A stretch of 64,000 nucleotides of DNA from Parcubacteria group bacterium M6-OD1-1 (lineage in GTDB: Bacteria; Patescibacteriota; Minisyncoccia; GWC2-36-17; M10-OD1-4): positions 88,729 through 152,728 of the forward strand of contig LSNK01000001.1 of assembly GCA_003056085.1 (NCBI GenBank), read 5' to 3'. The translations under genes were made by a program, and so were the position numbers. The notes under the pieces were generated by a model. That model was not told the origin of the DNA and ran no database searches. It saw nothing but the letters and a program-made list of their open reading frames with translations. Shown in pieces: positions 11,003 to 20,857 of the stretch (its first letter is position 1; every line of letters starts with the position of its first letter).

Positions 11003-11128
11003 ATAAAACTTTCAGATTTGAGCGCAGTTCGAGGAAAAATTTGAAAAATGAAGTGAATTGTAGTAAAGCTACAGCGAATAAATTTTTCAGATTTTGACGA
11101 AAAAATGCACCAAATCTGGAAGTTTTAT
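11003..11128 (+). repeat. ~120-bp fold-back intergenic element, copy 1 (overlaps nusG stop)
   Basis: 18-bp outer inverted repeat ATAAAACTTTCAGATTTG/CAAATCTGGAAGTTTTAT; central hairpin TTGTAGT-AAA-GCTACAG followed by CGAA. Confidence 0.7.
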
Positions 11129-11670
11129 ATTTTTTTGATTTGAAGGAAGTCCAATTCAACCGGAGTTTCTCTTCCAAACATAGAAACCAAAACTTTTATC
11201 TTTCCTTTCTCTTCGTCTATCTCAGATACTTTACCATCAAAATCCTTAAAAGGTCCGTCTACTATTTTTACCGCATCTGAAGCCGCAAGGTCTATCTTGT
11301 ATTTTGGCTCTTCCACACCCATTCTCTTTTGAAGTTCTTTTATTTCTGAATCTGATAATGGAATTGGAGTTGTACCGGAACCGACAAAACCCGTAACTCT
11401 TGGTGTATTTCTAACCACATACCAAGAAGCATCAGTAACTATCATCTCAACTAAAACATACCCGGGATAAATTCTTTCTTCCACTATATGTCTTTTTCCG
11501 CTCTTCATTTTTATTTTCTTCTCTTTTGGGACAAGAACATTAAAAATCTTATCCTCCATATCCATAGATTCAATTCTCTGTTTTAAGTTCCTTACAACAG
11601 CATCTTCATACCCCGAATAAGTGTGAATAGCATACCATTTTTTGCCTTGTTCTATTGTTTGTTTCGCCAT
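11125..11670 (-). CDS. nusG: Transcription elongation factor NusG
   Basis: WYAIHTYSGYE, YPGYVLVEM, KOW motif, MFGRETPVELDF. Confidence 0.98.
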   Translation of the reverse strand: MAKQTIEQGKKWYAIHTYSGYEDAVVRNLKQRIESMDMEDKIFNVLVPKEKKIKMKSGKRHIVEERIYPGYVLVEMIVTDASWYVVRNTPRVTGFVGSGTTPIPLSDSEIKELQKRMGVEEPKYKIDLAASDAVKIVDGPFKDFDGKVSEIDEEKGKIKVLVSMFGRETPVELDFLQIKKI

Positions 11671-11705
11671 TTTTAGCTTCTTAACTAATTAGCCTACTTA
11701 ATATA

Positions 11706-11909
11706 TTATAATATAAATTTATTCAGTAAATAAGAAAAAACGAAATCAAGCCCGCCTAAAAAAATAATCATTGCCAGCGAAAAAACAACAACAGCGATAG
11801 TGTAATTAATCGTAACTGATCTTTTGGGCCATGTAACCTTTTTAAGCTCTAATTTAACTTCTTTAAAATAAGTTACTATTGCAAAAAATATTTTTGAAAA
11901 AATATTCAT
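11706..11909 (-). CDS. secE: Preprotein translocase SecE
   Basis: ELKKVTWP motif plus a TM helix, upstream of nusG. Confidence 0.95.
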   Translation of the reverse strand: MNIFSKIFFAIVTYFKEVKLELKKVTWPKRSVTINYTIAVVVFSLAMIIFLGGLDFVFSYLLNKFIL

Positions 11910-12173
11910 ATAATACAGATAAATAAATTTTAAAAAATTCCTATTTAAAAAAGCCCCTGAGGCTTTTATAATCGGTATGGTATATTATTTTTAATAAATA
12001 GTCAATAAGCAGCTATTTTATCCAAGAGTGGAATGATTAATTTTAAATCACAGTACCATTTAAGTGAAATGCAGTCGTATTTATTAAAATAACGAATAAA
12101 TTCTGAATTTTAACAGATAACATCCGCAACAAAACGCCAACCAAGCCGTAAAATACACTAAAATGAAGTTTTG

Positions 12174-12297
12174 TTGGATTTTCAAAATTGAGTTCAGTTC
12201 GCGGAGTAAGCAAGAAGTGAAACAAGCTGTACTTATTGGTACAGCGAGTTAGCTCCGTAGCTTACGACAAAGAAGTGAACCAATTTTGGAAATTCAA
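12174..12297 (+). repeat. ~120-bp fold-back intergenic element, copy 3 (a degenerate copy 2 lies at ~12028-12127)
   Basis: Outer IR TTGGATTTTCAAAATTG/CAATTTTGGAAATTCAA; central hairpin GCTGTACT-TATT-GGTACAGC. Confidence 0.7.
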
Positions 12298-12921
12298 TTA
12301 AATGAATAATTCCACTATAGATATTATAGAAAACGCCAATATTGAAACAGCAACTCCTATTAAGGTAAACACTAACACTCTTGTGGCCTTTTTTGCCTGT
12401 TCAGGATCTCCTTTAGATGTCATATATAAAGCCCCTGAATAAAGCCCTGCTGTGACAGAAAGAAGAGCAATAAACCATGCCACCCAGTTTACAAGAGTGA
12501 CTAATGCATCAGTTATATTTGAAGCTGCCGATCGCACACTGCAAATACTGGATACAGCCGTAACACCTTCAGATGTAGAAGGACTTCCGGCAATCTGCAC
12601 AGTCAAAGCAACCAATGCCGGAGCCAATAATAAAACAATTATACCTATGGAAACGGCAACTATAGTCATATTTGCTTTTTTAATACTTTCTGGCTTGCCG
12701 GCTGCCGTTAAATACAAAAAACCTGCCCACAAAATAAACAAGATAGCTATCGGCGGCATTAAAACTGTAGTTAAAAAATTTGTGCCAAGACAAATAACTT
12801 CCGGTATGTTTTGAGCGGAAATAGCATTTGGAATCATTGTTTGTCCAAACACAAATGCAACCGGAGTAAATAAAAATAATGCTAACGGGAAAAATAGATT
12901 TAAAATTTTTAGTTTTCTCAT
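12298..12921 (-). CDS. Tandem TrbC/VirB2-like (T4SS pilin family) membrane protein
   Basis: Two copies of the GFxYxT(A/S)xGxPExxKKA..(I/L)..IG pattern after a signal peptide. Confidence 0.7.
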   Translation of the reverse strand: MRKLKILNLFFPLALFLFTPVAFVFGQTMIPNAISAQNIPEVICLGTNFLTTVLMPPIAILFILWAGFLYLTAAGKPESIKKANMTIVAVSIGIIVLLLAPALVALTVQIAGSPSTSEGVTAVSSICSVRSAASNITDALVTLVNWVAWFIALLSVTAGLYSGALYMTSKGDPEQAKKATRVLVFTLIGVAVSILAFSIISIVELFI

Positions 12922-13003
12922 TATTTTATTTTAACATAAAACTTAAAAAATCAAAGATAGTCACTTATATCTTACCTAAAGCAGCCCACATCTTATATTA
13001 AAT

Positions 13004-13120
13004 GTTTTAATTTTGAATGCAGGTCGCAGTTAAAAAATGAAAGACAAAATGAAGTCGTGTTTATTAGTACGATGAAATGAGTTGTGATTTTTTTAACAAA
13101 AAATGTGCTAAAAAAAGCTT
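13004..13120 (+). repeat. ~120-bp fold-back intergenic element, copy 4 (next to gyrB stop)
   Basis: TGCAGGTCGC...AAATGAA-GTCGTGTT-TATT-AGTACGAT-GAA...TTTTAACAAAAAATGTGC matches the family consensus; ends approximate. Confidence 0.6.
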
Positions 13121-13122
13121 TG

Positions 13123-15189
13123 CTAAATATCAAGATTTTTTACACTTTTAGCTCGAGACTGAATAAACCTTTTTCTTGAAGAAACATCCGTACCCATTAA
13201 AATATCAAACATTTTGTCAGCCTCTGCAGCGTCTTGAACAGCTACTCTTCCTAAGGATCTGTTTTTTGGATTCATCGTTGTATCCCAAAGTTGATCCGGA
13301 TTCATCTCTCCAAGACCTTTGTATCTTTGAATATTTATACCTGTTATTTTAACTTCTCCCTTTTCATCTAAATTTTCCTCTTTTTTGTCTAATGTTTTAT
13401 TTTCAGTTTTTGAGGATGTCTTTTGTTTTATAAATTTATTTATCAATTTTTCTTTTCCATCTTCTGAATATGCATATTCAACTGATCTTCCTTTTTGAAT
13501 TCTATAAAGAGGCGGCTGCGCAATATAAAGATATCCTTGTTCTATTAATTCAGGAAAATGTCTGAAAAATAATGTCAAAAGCAATGTTCTTATATGAGCG
13601 CCATCAACATCAGCATCTGTCATTATAATGATTCTGTGATATCTTGCCTTTTTTATTTCAAACTCCTCTGCGATAGCTGTTCCCAACGCTATAATAAGAG
13701 CCCTTATTTCTTTTGAAGCCAGCATTTTATCTAATCTTGCTCTCTCTATGTTTAAAATCTTTCCACGCAAAGGCAAAATAGCCTGAAATCTCCTGTCTCT
13801 TCCTTGTTTAGCTGAACCTCCGGCAGAATCTCCCTCAACAATGTAAAGCTCTGACTCCTCGGCATTTTTTGAAGAACAATCAGCAAGTTTTCCCGGTAAA
13901 GTAAGTCCTTCTAAAACCCCTTTTCTTAAAACGGTTTCTCTTGCCGCTTTTGCCGCTTTTCTTGCTTTTTGAGATAAGATGCATCTTTCAATAATTTTTT
14001 TTGCATCTTGCGGATTTTCCTCCAGAAAATAAGATAACGCGGAAGAGATAACAGCATCAGTTGCAGGCCTTGCTTCGGTTGAGCCTAATTTTGCCTTTGT
14101 CTGCCCTTCAAACTGAGGATCTCTTAATTTAACCGATAAAACAACTGTTAATCCTTCACGAACATCTTCCCCGGACAAAGAATCTCCTGAATCTTTTTTA
14201 AAAAAATTATTTTTCTTGGCGTAATCATTTAACACTCTTGTTAATGCGGTTCTGAACCCTGTTAAATGCATGCCGCCCTCCTTAGTGTTAATATTATTGG
14301 CAAAACTCATTTCTTTTCCGGTAATATCAATTATATATTGAAATGACGCCTCAACCTCAACCCCATCATGAGTTTTATCAACATAAAAAATATTATCATG
14401 CAAAGCGTCTTCATTAAAATTCAAATATCTTACCAAAGAAAGGAGTCCGCCTTCAAAATAAAAAGAATAGGAAGGTGTTTGCAAATTTAATTCATTTAAA
14501 TAAAATGCTTTTGAATCATCTATTTTACCTTCATAATTTCTTGCATCTATAATACGTATTCTTAATCCTTTAACAAGGTACGCCTGTTGCCTTAGGTGAT
14601 CCACTATCGTCTGAAAGTTAAATTCCAATTCTGAAAAAATTGAATCATCCGGAATAAAAGAAATTATTGTGCCATTTCGTTTTGACGGACCAATTTTTTT
14701 TGTCTTGCCTTGCGGTTTTCCGATTTTATATTCTTGAATATATTTCCCTCCGTCCCTATGTATCTCTGCACGAAGTGAAGTTGAAAGAGCATTAACTACA
14801 GAAACACCAACTCCATGAAGACCCCCGGAAACCTTATATGAATCCCCGCCAAACTTACCTCCTGCGTGCAAAGTCGTCATAACGGTCTCAAGAGCCGAAA
14901 CTTTTGTTTTTTTATGAATCTCAACAGGAATACCTCGTCCATTATCCACTACCCTTACAACATTATTTGGAAGCAAAGCAACTTCAACTTCATCGGCATA
15001 TCCTCCCATAGCCTCATCTCTTGAATTATCAAAAACCTCCCATATTAAATGATGCAAACCATCAACTCCCGTAGAGCCGATATACATTCCCGGTCTTTTG
15101 CGTACGGGCTCAAGCCCCTCTAAAACATAAATGTCCTCAGCAGAATACTTAGGACCCTTCTTTTTTTGGTTTTCTTTTTCTTTTGTCAT
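13123..15189 (-). CDS. gyrB: DNA gyrase subunit B
   Basis: GLEPVRKRPGMYIG, GGLHGVG, EGDSAGG, TDADVDG, QRYKGLGEM. Confidence 0.97.
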   Translation of the reverse strand: MTKEKENQKKKGPKYSAEDIYVLEGLEPVRKRPGMYIGSTGVDGLHHLIWEVFDNSRDEAMGGYADEVEVALLPNNVVRVVDNGRGIPVEIHKKTKVSALETVMTTLHAGGKFGGDSYKVSGGLHGVGVSVVNALSTSLRAEIHRDGGKYIQEYKIGKPQGKTKKIGPSKRNGTIISFIPDDSIFSELEFNFQTIVDHLRQQAYLVKGLRIRIIDARNYEGKIDDSKAFYLNELNLQTPSYSFYFEGGLLSLVRYLNFNEDALHDNIFYVDKTHDGVEVEASFQYIIDITGKEMSFANNINTKEGGMHLTGFRTALTRVLNDYAKKNNFFKKDSGDSLSGEDVREGLTVVLSVKLRDPQFEGQTKAKLGSTEARPATDAVISSALSYFLEENPQDAKKIIERCILSQKARKAAKAARETVLRKGVLEGLTLPGKLADCSSKNAEESELYIVEGDSAGGSAKQGRDRRFQAILPLRGKILNIERARLDKMLASKEIRALIIALGTAIAEEFEIKKARYHRIIIMTDADVDGAHIRTLLLTLFFRHFPELIEQGYLYIAQPPLYRIQKGRSVEYAYSEDGKEKLINKFIKQKTSSKTENKTLDKKEENLDEKGEVKITGINIQRYKGLGEMNPDQLWDTTMNPKNRSLGRVAVQDAAEADKMFDILMGTDVSSRKRFIQSRAKSVKNLDI

Positions 15190-15349
15190 AATTTCATTTT
15201 ATCACAAATACGAGAAAACGTAAATAATAAAAATAAATACTCGAATTTTAACACCTCTAAAATAAACACCCTTTAGGAATTAAACATCTAAGTGAAAAAC
15301 TTTTACTTGGAAACTATATCTCTATATAATAGAGCCTTCGTTTATATCA

Positions 15350-16093
15350 CTAAAAATCAATCGATAATTTAATTATCAAAACTACTACCATTAAAGCTAC
15401 TAAAATTTTCAACCATTTATCACCAAACTTTAAAGCAACCGATGCGCCAACCCATGACCCAATCATAGAAGTTATAGCTAAGGGTATCGCGATGGAATAA
15501 TTGATATAATCTGTTATTACAAAAATATACACTGCGCCAAAAAGAAAAACAGCAGTTATAAAAACCGCATTAGCTATCCCTTCAAGCAAATCTTTTTTCA
15601 AAAGTAAAACAAACATAAATATTAAAAATGTTGTTACACCGACTGAAAAAAATCCTCCATATATACCCAATATAAAAGAAAGTATGTACGATACAATTAA
15701 ACTATATTTACTTATGGCGCCGGATTGAATAATTCCTTTTGGTTTTATAAAAAGTGTAAATATTAAAGCGCCAAAAAATACAGCTACCAATCTCCTAAGT
15801 ATTTCTATATCTATATTAATAACTAAATTTGAGCCTATAATAGCTCCAATTAAAGCAATGATTGATAGTGGTATAGATAATTTAAAATCTATTTTTTTAC
15901 TTTTCCAAAATCTTACAACAGCAACAACATTAATAAGCCAACCTGAAAGAATATTTGCACCTATTGCTAAAGCTGGTTCAAGTCCTAAAAATAGAAGCGC
16001 TGGAAGAGTTATCATTGCTCCAGCTCCAACCTGTGCACCGACAAATCCCCCAATAAACCCAGATATTAAAATTACTGCCATTTCTAATGTCAT
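15350..16093 (-). CDS. Sulfite exporter TauE/SafE family membrane protein
   Basis: GFIGGFVGAQVGAG...P and GIYGGFFSVG half-repeats, about 8 TM helices. Confidence 0.8.
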   Translation of the reverse strand: MTLEMAVILISGFIGGFVGAQVGAGAMITLPALLFLGLEPALAIGANILSGWLINVVAVVRFWKSKKIDFKLSIPLSIIALIGAIIGSNLVINIDIEILRRLVAVFFGALIFTLFIKPKGIIQSGAISKYSLIVSYILSFILGIYGGFFSVGVTTFLIFMFVLLLKKDLLEGIANAVFITAVFLFGAVYIFVITDYINYSIAIPLAITSMIGSWVGASVALKFGDKWLKILVALMVVVLIIKLSIDF

Positions 16094-16133
16094 GAAATTC
16101 CATCTATGCTAATTATGTCATGTATATATTTAT

Positions 16134-18197
16134 CTAAACTCTCACTTCCCAATTATTTTCAGCTATTGCCTTGAGTATATTTTTCATCAACTCATCAACC
16201 TCTTTATCAGAAAGAGTTTTTTCTTGAGATTGAAATATTAAATGAAAAGCTAAACTTTTTGGAAGTAAAGCATTTGTTTTGTCATCTTCATAAATATCAA
16301 AAAGCTCAACATCAATAAGCAGTTGCCCGCCAACCTCCTCAATTATCCCTTGAACATCGGCTATTTTTGTATTTCTCTCCGTTAAAATCGCAATATCTCT
16401 CGTTACTGCCGGAAACTTGCTGATTGGTCTATAATCATACTCTTCATTTATTATTTGAATAATTTTTTCAAAATCCATTTCAAATGCGGCAACCCTTGTA
16501 TCTATATCCATTTTTTTTAAAATCAAATGACTTATCTCCCCTATGGTTCCTATAGTTTCATTTCCAATATTTATCTTTGCCGCCCTGCCGGAATGCCAGA
16601 ATAAACAATGCGGATGAATTGAACTTTTTTCAAAACTATTGAGCCACATATCTGAAATACCGAGTTTTTGAAAAAAAACATCTAAAATTCCTTTTATTTC
16701 ATAAAACGATTCAGCGCTTTCTTTTTTATTTTTTTTATACGCCAAAACTCCTGCAAGCATTTTCTTTTCCTTTATATCTTTTGTCTTTGACACAGAAAAT
16801 ACTTCCCCCAACTCAAATAGTCTTATGCTTTTTTGATGTTTTAAATTTTCATGCGTATTATTTAAAAGATGAAATAACAAAGATGGTCTTAAGAATTTTT
16901 TATCTTCAGATAATGGATTTAAAAGATTAATTAAACCCGTGTATTTATTATCAAATATTTTTATTTCTTTTTCTCCTATAAAAGAATAATTATAAGCATC
17001 TGAAAATCCTAAACCTACTAAAATATCCCTAACTTTATTAGAATAAAAATAATCGTTATTTCTTTCTGCCGGCCAAAGCTCAGCCTCTATGGGTTTTGCC
17101 TTTATATTTTCATAACCATAAATTCTCGCCACTTCATCAGCTAAATCCTCTTTTAAAGTTATGTCTAACCTTTCAAAAGGAACTTCTGCGATTAAAATAT
17201 CCTTTTTATTTGATTTTGACACTAAAAAATTAAGACGTTTCAAAATTGACAAAATATCTTTATCTGAGATTTCAATACCAATGATATCTCTAATATCTTT
17301 TGTAGAAAAAATTACTTTTGTTTTTTCATATTTTTTATCAGCGGTATCTATAACTCCGGAAACAACGTTACCTCCTGCAACATTCAAAACAACATCAACA
17401 ATAACATCCAAAGATTTTCTACATAAAATTGGAGAGACCTCGTTTTCAAACCTTAAAGAAGACTCTGTTCTCAAGTTCAGTTTTTTTGAGGTTTTTCTTA
17501 TATTTTTTGGTTCAAAATATGCAGATTCCAAAATTATATTTTTTGTACTTTTATCTATTTCGGCTTTTACACCTCCTTTAATACCGACAATGGCAAGAGC
17601 GTCTTTATTGTCACGAATTGTCAAAACTGCATTATCTAAAATATATTTTTCGCCTCCAAGAGTTTTTATTGTCTCTTTATCTTTTGCCTTTGCAATTATA
17701 ATTTTTCCATTCTCAATTTTATCCAAATCAAAAGCATGTAAAGGCTGCCCCATTAAAAGCATAACAAAATTTGCTGCATCAACTACATTATTTATTGAAT
17801 TTTGTCCTAATGCCTCTAATTTATCTTTTAACCACTTAGGTGATGGACCCACCTTAACATTTAAAACAACTCTCGCGGTGTATCTTGGACACAACTTGGC
17901 ATCTTTTACATTAACCGATATATAATCTGATATTTTTAATTTTTTATCCTCCTTAATTTTTGGAAGCTTAAAATTAATTTTTCTTTTAAGCAACGCCTCA
18001 AGTTCTCTTGCAACTCCAATATGAGAAAGACAATCATGAGCCCTATTTGGCAAAATGTCCACATCTAAAATATAATCTTTCCCAAATTTTTCAATTCCTT
18101 CAACTTCAAAAGCATGCATAGTCAAAATATCCGCAACTTTTTCCGGTTTTTCTTTTAAGTCTATGTGTTCTTTTAACCAATTGTAAGATATTTTCAT
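16134..18197 (-). CDS. pheT: Phenylalanine-tRNA ligase beta subunit (short form lacking the B2 OB domain)
   Basis: MKISYNWL, PNRAHDCLSHIGVARE, GQPLHAFDLD, EVARIYGY, FPAVTRDIA. Confidence 0.96.
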   Translation of the reverse strand: MKISYNWLKEHIDLKEKPEKVADILTMHAFEVEGIEKFGKDYILDVDILPNRAHDCLSHIGVARELEALLKRKINFKLPKIKEDKKLKISDYISVNVKDAKLCPRYTARVVLNVKVGPSPKWLKDKLEALGQNSINNVVDAANFVMLLMGQPLHAFDLDKIENGKIIIAKAKDKETIKTLGGEKYILDNAVLTIRDNKDALAIVGIKGGVKAEIDKSTKNIILESAYFEPKNIRKTSKKLNLRTESSLRFENEVSPILCRKSLDVIVDVVLNVAGGNVVSGVIDTADKKYEKTKVIFSTKDIRDIIGIEISDKDILSILKRLNFLVSKSNKKDILIAEVPFERLDITLKEDLADEVARIYGYENIKAKPIEAELWPAERNNDYFYSNKVRDILVGLGFSDAYNYSFIGEKEIKIFDNKYTGLINLLNPLSEDKKFLRPSLLFHLLNNTHENLKHQKSIRLFELGEVFSVSKTKDIKEKKMLAGVLAYKKNKKESAESFYEIKGILDVFFQKLGISDMWLNSFEKSSIHPHCLFWHSGRAAKINIGNETIGTIGEISHLILKKMDIDTRVAAFEMDFEKIIQIINEEYDYRPISKFPAVTRDIAILTERNTKIADVQGIIEEVGGQLLIDVELFDIYEDDKTNALLPKSLAFHLIFQSQEKTLSDKEVDELMKNILKAIAENNWEVRV

Positions 18198-18232
18198 TAA
18201 TTTAGGTTTTAGCTTATTACTAACAAGCTAAC

Positions 18233-19276
18233 TTAAAATTGTTTCAACATTCGCATATCTGTATTATAAAACAGTCTAACATCACCAACTCCATACTTTA
18301 TCATAGCAACCCTTTCTATCCCCATTCCAAAAGCAAAGCCTTTAAACTCTGATGTGTCAATCTTAGCAGAATCAAGGACTTTTGGATGAACCATACCGGC
18401 GCCACCAATCTCTATCCAGCCTGTTTTCTTACACAACGGACACCCTTTGCCCAAACATTTAAAACAAATAACATCCACCTCTACTCCGGGCTCAACAAAC
18501 GGAAAATAACTCGGTCTGAATCTTACTTTTATTTTTTCATTTTCTAAAAGTTTTTTAAAAAATAATTCCAAAACAGACTTTAAATGCACTAAAGACATAT
18601 CTTTTGCAACGACAAGGCACTCTATCTGATAAAACTGCATTTCATGTGTTGCGTCAGTTGCTTCTTTTCTAAAAACTCTTCCCGGACAAACTATTCTAAA
18701 AGGAGGATTATTTTTCTCCATATATCTTACTTGAACGGAAGATGTTTGAGTCCTCATTAAAAACCCCGGTCCAACGGTTTTTGGATCAAGCCAAAAAGTG
18801 TCTTGCATATCACGAGAAGGATGACTTGCCGGAATATTTAACGCATCAAAATTATAAAACTCCGTTTCAACTTCAGGTCCGGAAGCAACTTCAAATCCCA
18901 TAGATTCAAAAATATCTACAGATTTCCTAATAATATGAGTTAACGGGTGAATATGTCCCGAAAAAACTTTTTTCCCCGGAGCAGTTATGTCAATTTTTTC
19001 CTCTTCTTCAAGATTTTTAATATGCTCCATTTTAAGAGATTCTTTTTTGATTTCTATTTCATTTTCAATATAAATTTTAAGCTGGTTGGCAAATTTGCCA
19101 TATTCCTTTTTTTTCTCAATAGACAAACCTTTTATGGATTTTAAAATATCATTTAAAACTCCTGATTTTCTACTGAAATATTTAAGCCTAAAATTCTCAA
19201 TTTCTTCTTGAGTTTTTATACTTTGAAGTTCAGCTTCAACTTCTTTTTTAAGTTTATCAAAATCAATATCTTTCAT
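18233..19276 (-). CDS. pheS: Phenylalanine-tRNA ligase alpha subunit
   Basis: HPSRDMQDTF, RFRPSYFPFVEP, GFAFGMGIER. Confidence 0.98.
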   Translation of the reverse strand: MKDIDFDKLKKEVEAELQSIKTQEEIENFRLKYFSRKSGVLNDILKSIKGLSIEKKKEYGKFANQLKIYIENEIEIKKESLKMEHIKNLEEEEKIDITAPGKKVFSGHIHPLTHIIRKSVDIFESMGFEVASGPEVETEFYNFDALNIPASHPSRDMQDTFWLDPKTVGPGFLMRTQTSSVQVRYMEKNNPPFRIVCPGRVFRKEATDATHEMQFYQIECLVVAKDMSLVHLKSVLELFFKKLLENEKIKVRFRPSYFPFVEPGVEVDVICFKCLGKGCPLCKKTGWIEIGGAGMVHPKVLDSAKIDTSEFKGFAFGMGIERVAMIKYGVGDVRLFYNTDMRMLKQF

Positions 19277-19337
19277 AAAACTTAGACCAATCTAATATTT
19301 AAATTGCAACAGAAAATATATTATGCAATAAATCCAC

Positions 19338-19703
19338 CTATCTTTTAGAAAAAACGAATTCTAAAAATATTATAAAAACTAACAAAAAAATTACATTTAA
19401 AATAGAAAAATATCCCGCATGCCGCAAAATAATCATACCCACAAACAGCAAAGACAAAAGAACTCCATAGAGAAAAGATTGAAAAAATACTAAACTATCT
19501 GTTTTTTTTAATAAACTTTGCGTTGAAAATCCAATTAAAAAAAATAATCCCGACAAAGAAAAAAACATACTCAGATAAAAAAATACGAACTTAAATATTC
19601 CGGCTTCTTCAGGATTTATTTTAAATAAAATCAAAAATAATATCAAAAAAGATATTATGGTCCCCATTAAAATAATACCAACAATATCTCTTTTAGTTAT
19701 CAT
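19338..19703 (-). CDS. Four-TM hypothetical membrane protein
   Basis: Hydrophobic 121-aa ORF in the same orientation as its neighbours. Confidence 0.7.
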   Translation of the reverse strand: MITKRDIVGIILMGTIISFLILFLILFKINPEEAGIFKFVFFYLSMFFSLSGLFFLIGFSTQSLLKKTDSLVFFQSFLYGVLLSLLFVGMIILRHAGYFSILNVIFLLVFIIFLEFVFSKR

Positions 19704-19796
19704 CTTGAAAAATTAAAGTTGAATTTATTTAGCAATAACCTTATTTTAGAATAATTAAAGCTCAAATGCAAGAAACTTTTTTATATGCTATTTTAG

Positions 19797-19856
19797 AAAT
19801 TTTATTTAAAAATAAGTCTTTAATTAAAATTAAAGACTTATTTTTAAATAAAATTT
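19797..19856. repeat. Perfect palindrome with 29-bp arms (probable terminator of the tRNA operon)
   Basis: AAATTTTATTTAAAAATAAGTCTTTAATT-AA-AATTAAAGACTTATTTTTAAATAAAATTT. Confidence 0.85.
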
Positions 19857-19858
19857 AT

Positions 19859-19889
19859 TGCGAGGCCAACTAGATTTGAACTGGCGATC
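19859..19889 (-). pseudogene. Degenerate duplicate of the tRNA-Asp 3' end
   Basis: 28/31 identity to 19914-19944. Confidence 0.75.
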
Positions 19890-19915
19890 ATTTAACCTAA
19901 AAATAAAACTCTCTG

Positions 19916-19990
19916 CGGGGCCGACCAGATTTGAACTGGCGATCTCCTCCGTGACAGGGAGGCGTCATAACCAAGCTAGACCACGGCCCC
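19916..19990 (-). tRNA. tRNA-Asp(GTC)
   Basis: GGGGCCGTGGTCTAGC...CCTCC CTGTCAC GGAGG...GTTCAAATC...CGGCCCCG cloverleaf. Confidence 0.96.
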
Positions 19991-20012
19991 ATTTAATTTA
20001 AAATCAATTTAG

Positions 20013-20086
20013 TACCAGAGGTGGGATTTGAACCCACGACCCCAGGCTTATGAGTCCTGTGCTCTAACCAACTGAGCTACCCTGGC
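20013..20086 (-). tRNA. tRNA(CAT), elongator Met (Ile2 not excluded)
   Basis: GCCAGGGTAGCTCAGTTGGTTAGAGC...CTCATAA...GGTTCAAATCC cloverleaf. Confidence 0.9.
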
Positions 20087-20134
20087 AAAAGCCCGACTGG
20101 GGGCAACCTTACTTTGTGTACTATTTTTTACTTG

Positions 20135-20206
20135 TTGCGGGGGTGGGGATCGAACCCACGACCTGCGGCTTATGAGACCGCCGAGGTACCACTCCTCTAC
20201 CCCGCG
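20135..20206 (-). tRNA. Initiator tRNA-fMet(CAT)
   Basis: CGCGGGG...CCCCGCA-A with C1xA72 mismatch; anticodon loop CTCATAA. Confidence 0.92.
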
Positions 20207-20277
20207 ATGTTTTATCTTATCAGCTTATGTTTTACAACTTAAACAAGATACGAGATATTTTAATATAAAAATTGATT

Positions 20278-20829
20278 TTAATCAAGTATCTTCAGTTCGT
20301 GCAGGGCTTTTTCATAATTTTCTATGATTACCTGAGCGTCAGTGTAACTTAAATCATAATTTGAATCATGCGCAATTTTATTTCTCACCTTATGAGACTC
20401 CCAAACCTTATTTATGGATGGCAGTAATTCCTCATTTAAAAGCTTAAGCCTTTCCCCCATATCTTTTCCTTTGCGCAACATTATTTTTAAAAGATCGTCA
20501 AATATCTTATCAGCTTCAATAATAGCGAGTTTATATTCCGCTTCCTGCATAGTTTGCATTCTCTGTTTTATACCTTTCCATCTTATTACAAATTCTCCCT
20601 TATAAGGAGGAGGCGTTTTTCTTGTAAAAGAATCTTTATAAATCTGAAATCTTCCTTGGAGATTATTTATTTTAAAAATAATATAAATGATGTGCAAAAA
20701 TAAAAACACGGAAAAAACAATAAATACGATTTTTAAAATAACTATCAAATTCAAAATTGATTCTGAGTTTAAAAAACCCAAATTATCAACTCCTCCATTT
20801 GTTTTTATTAAAAATTCTGCTGGGCTCAT
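20278..20829 (-). CDS. Membrane-anchored hypothetical protein with HEPN-like RNxxxH motif
   Basis: N-terminal TM; AIIEADKIFDDLL...HKVRNKIAH. Confidence 0.65.
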   Translation of the reverse strand: MSPAEFLIKTNGGVDNLGFLNSESILNLIVILKIVFIVFSVFLFLHIIYIIFKINNLQGRFQIYKDSFTRKTPPPYKGEFVIRWKGIKQRMQTMQEAEYKLAIIEADKIFDDLLKIMLRKGKDMGERLKLLNEELLPSINKVWESHKVRNKIAHDSNYDLSYTDAQVIIENYEKALHELKILD

Positions 20830-20857
20830 TTTTTAACTTATTAGATAATTAGTTTCA

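Noticed and set aside
10956-11177. 73-aa ORF, also 12043-12225, 42619-42801, 42866-43090 and 43115-43297
   Set aside because: They run across repeats or tRNA genes; not credible proteins.
16134-18197. Short PheT as a possible pseudogene
   Set aside because: The frame is intact, and loss of the B2 domain is a known natural variant.
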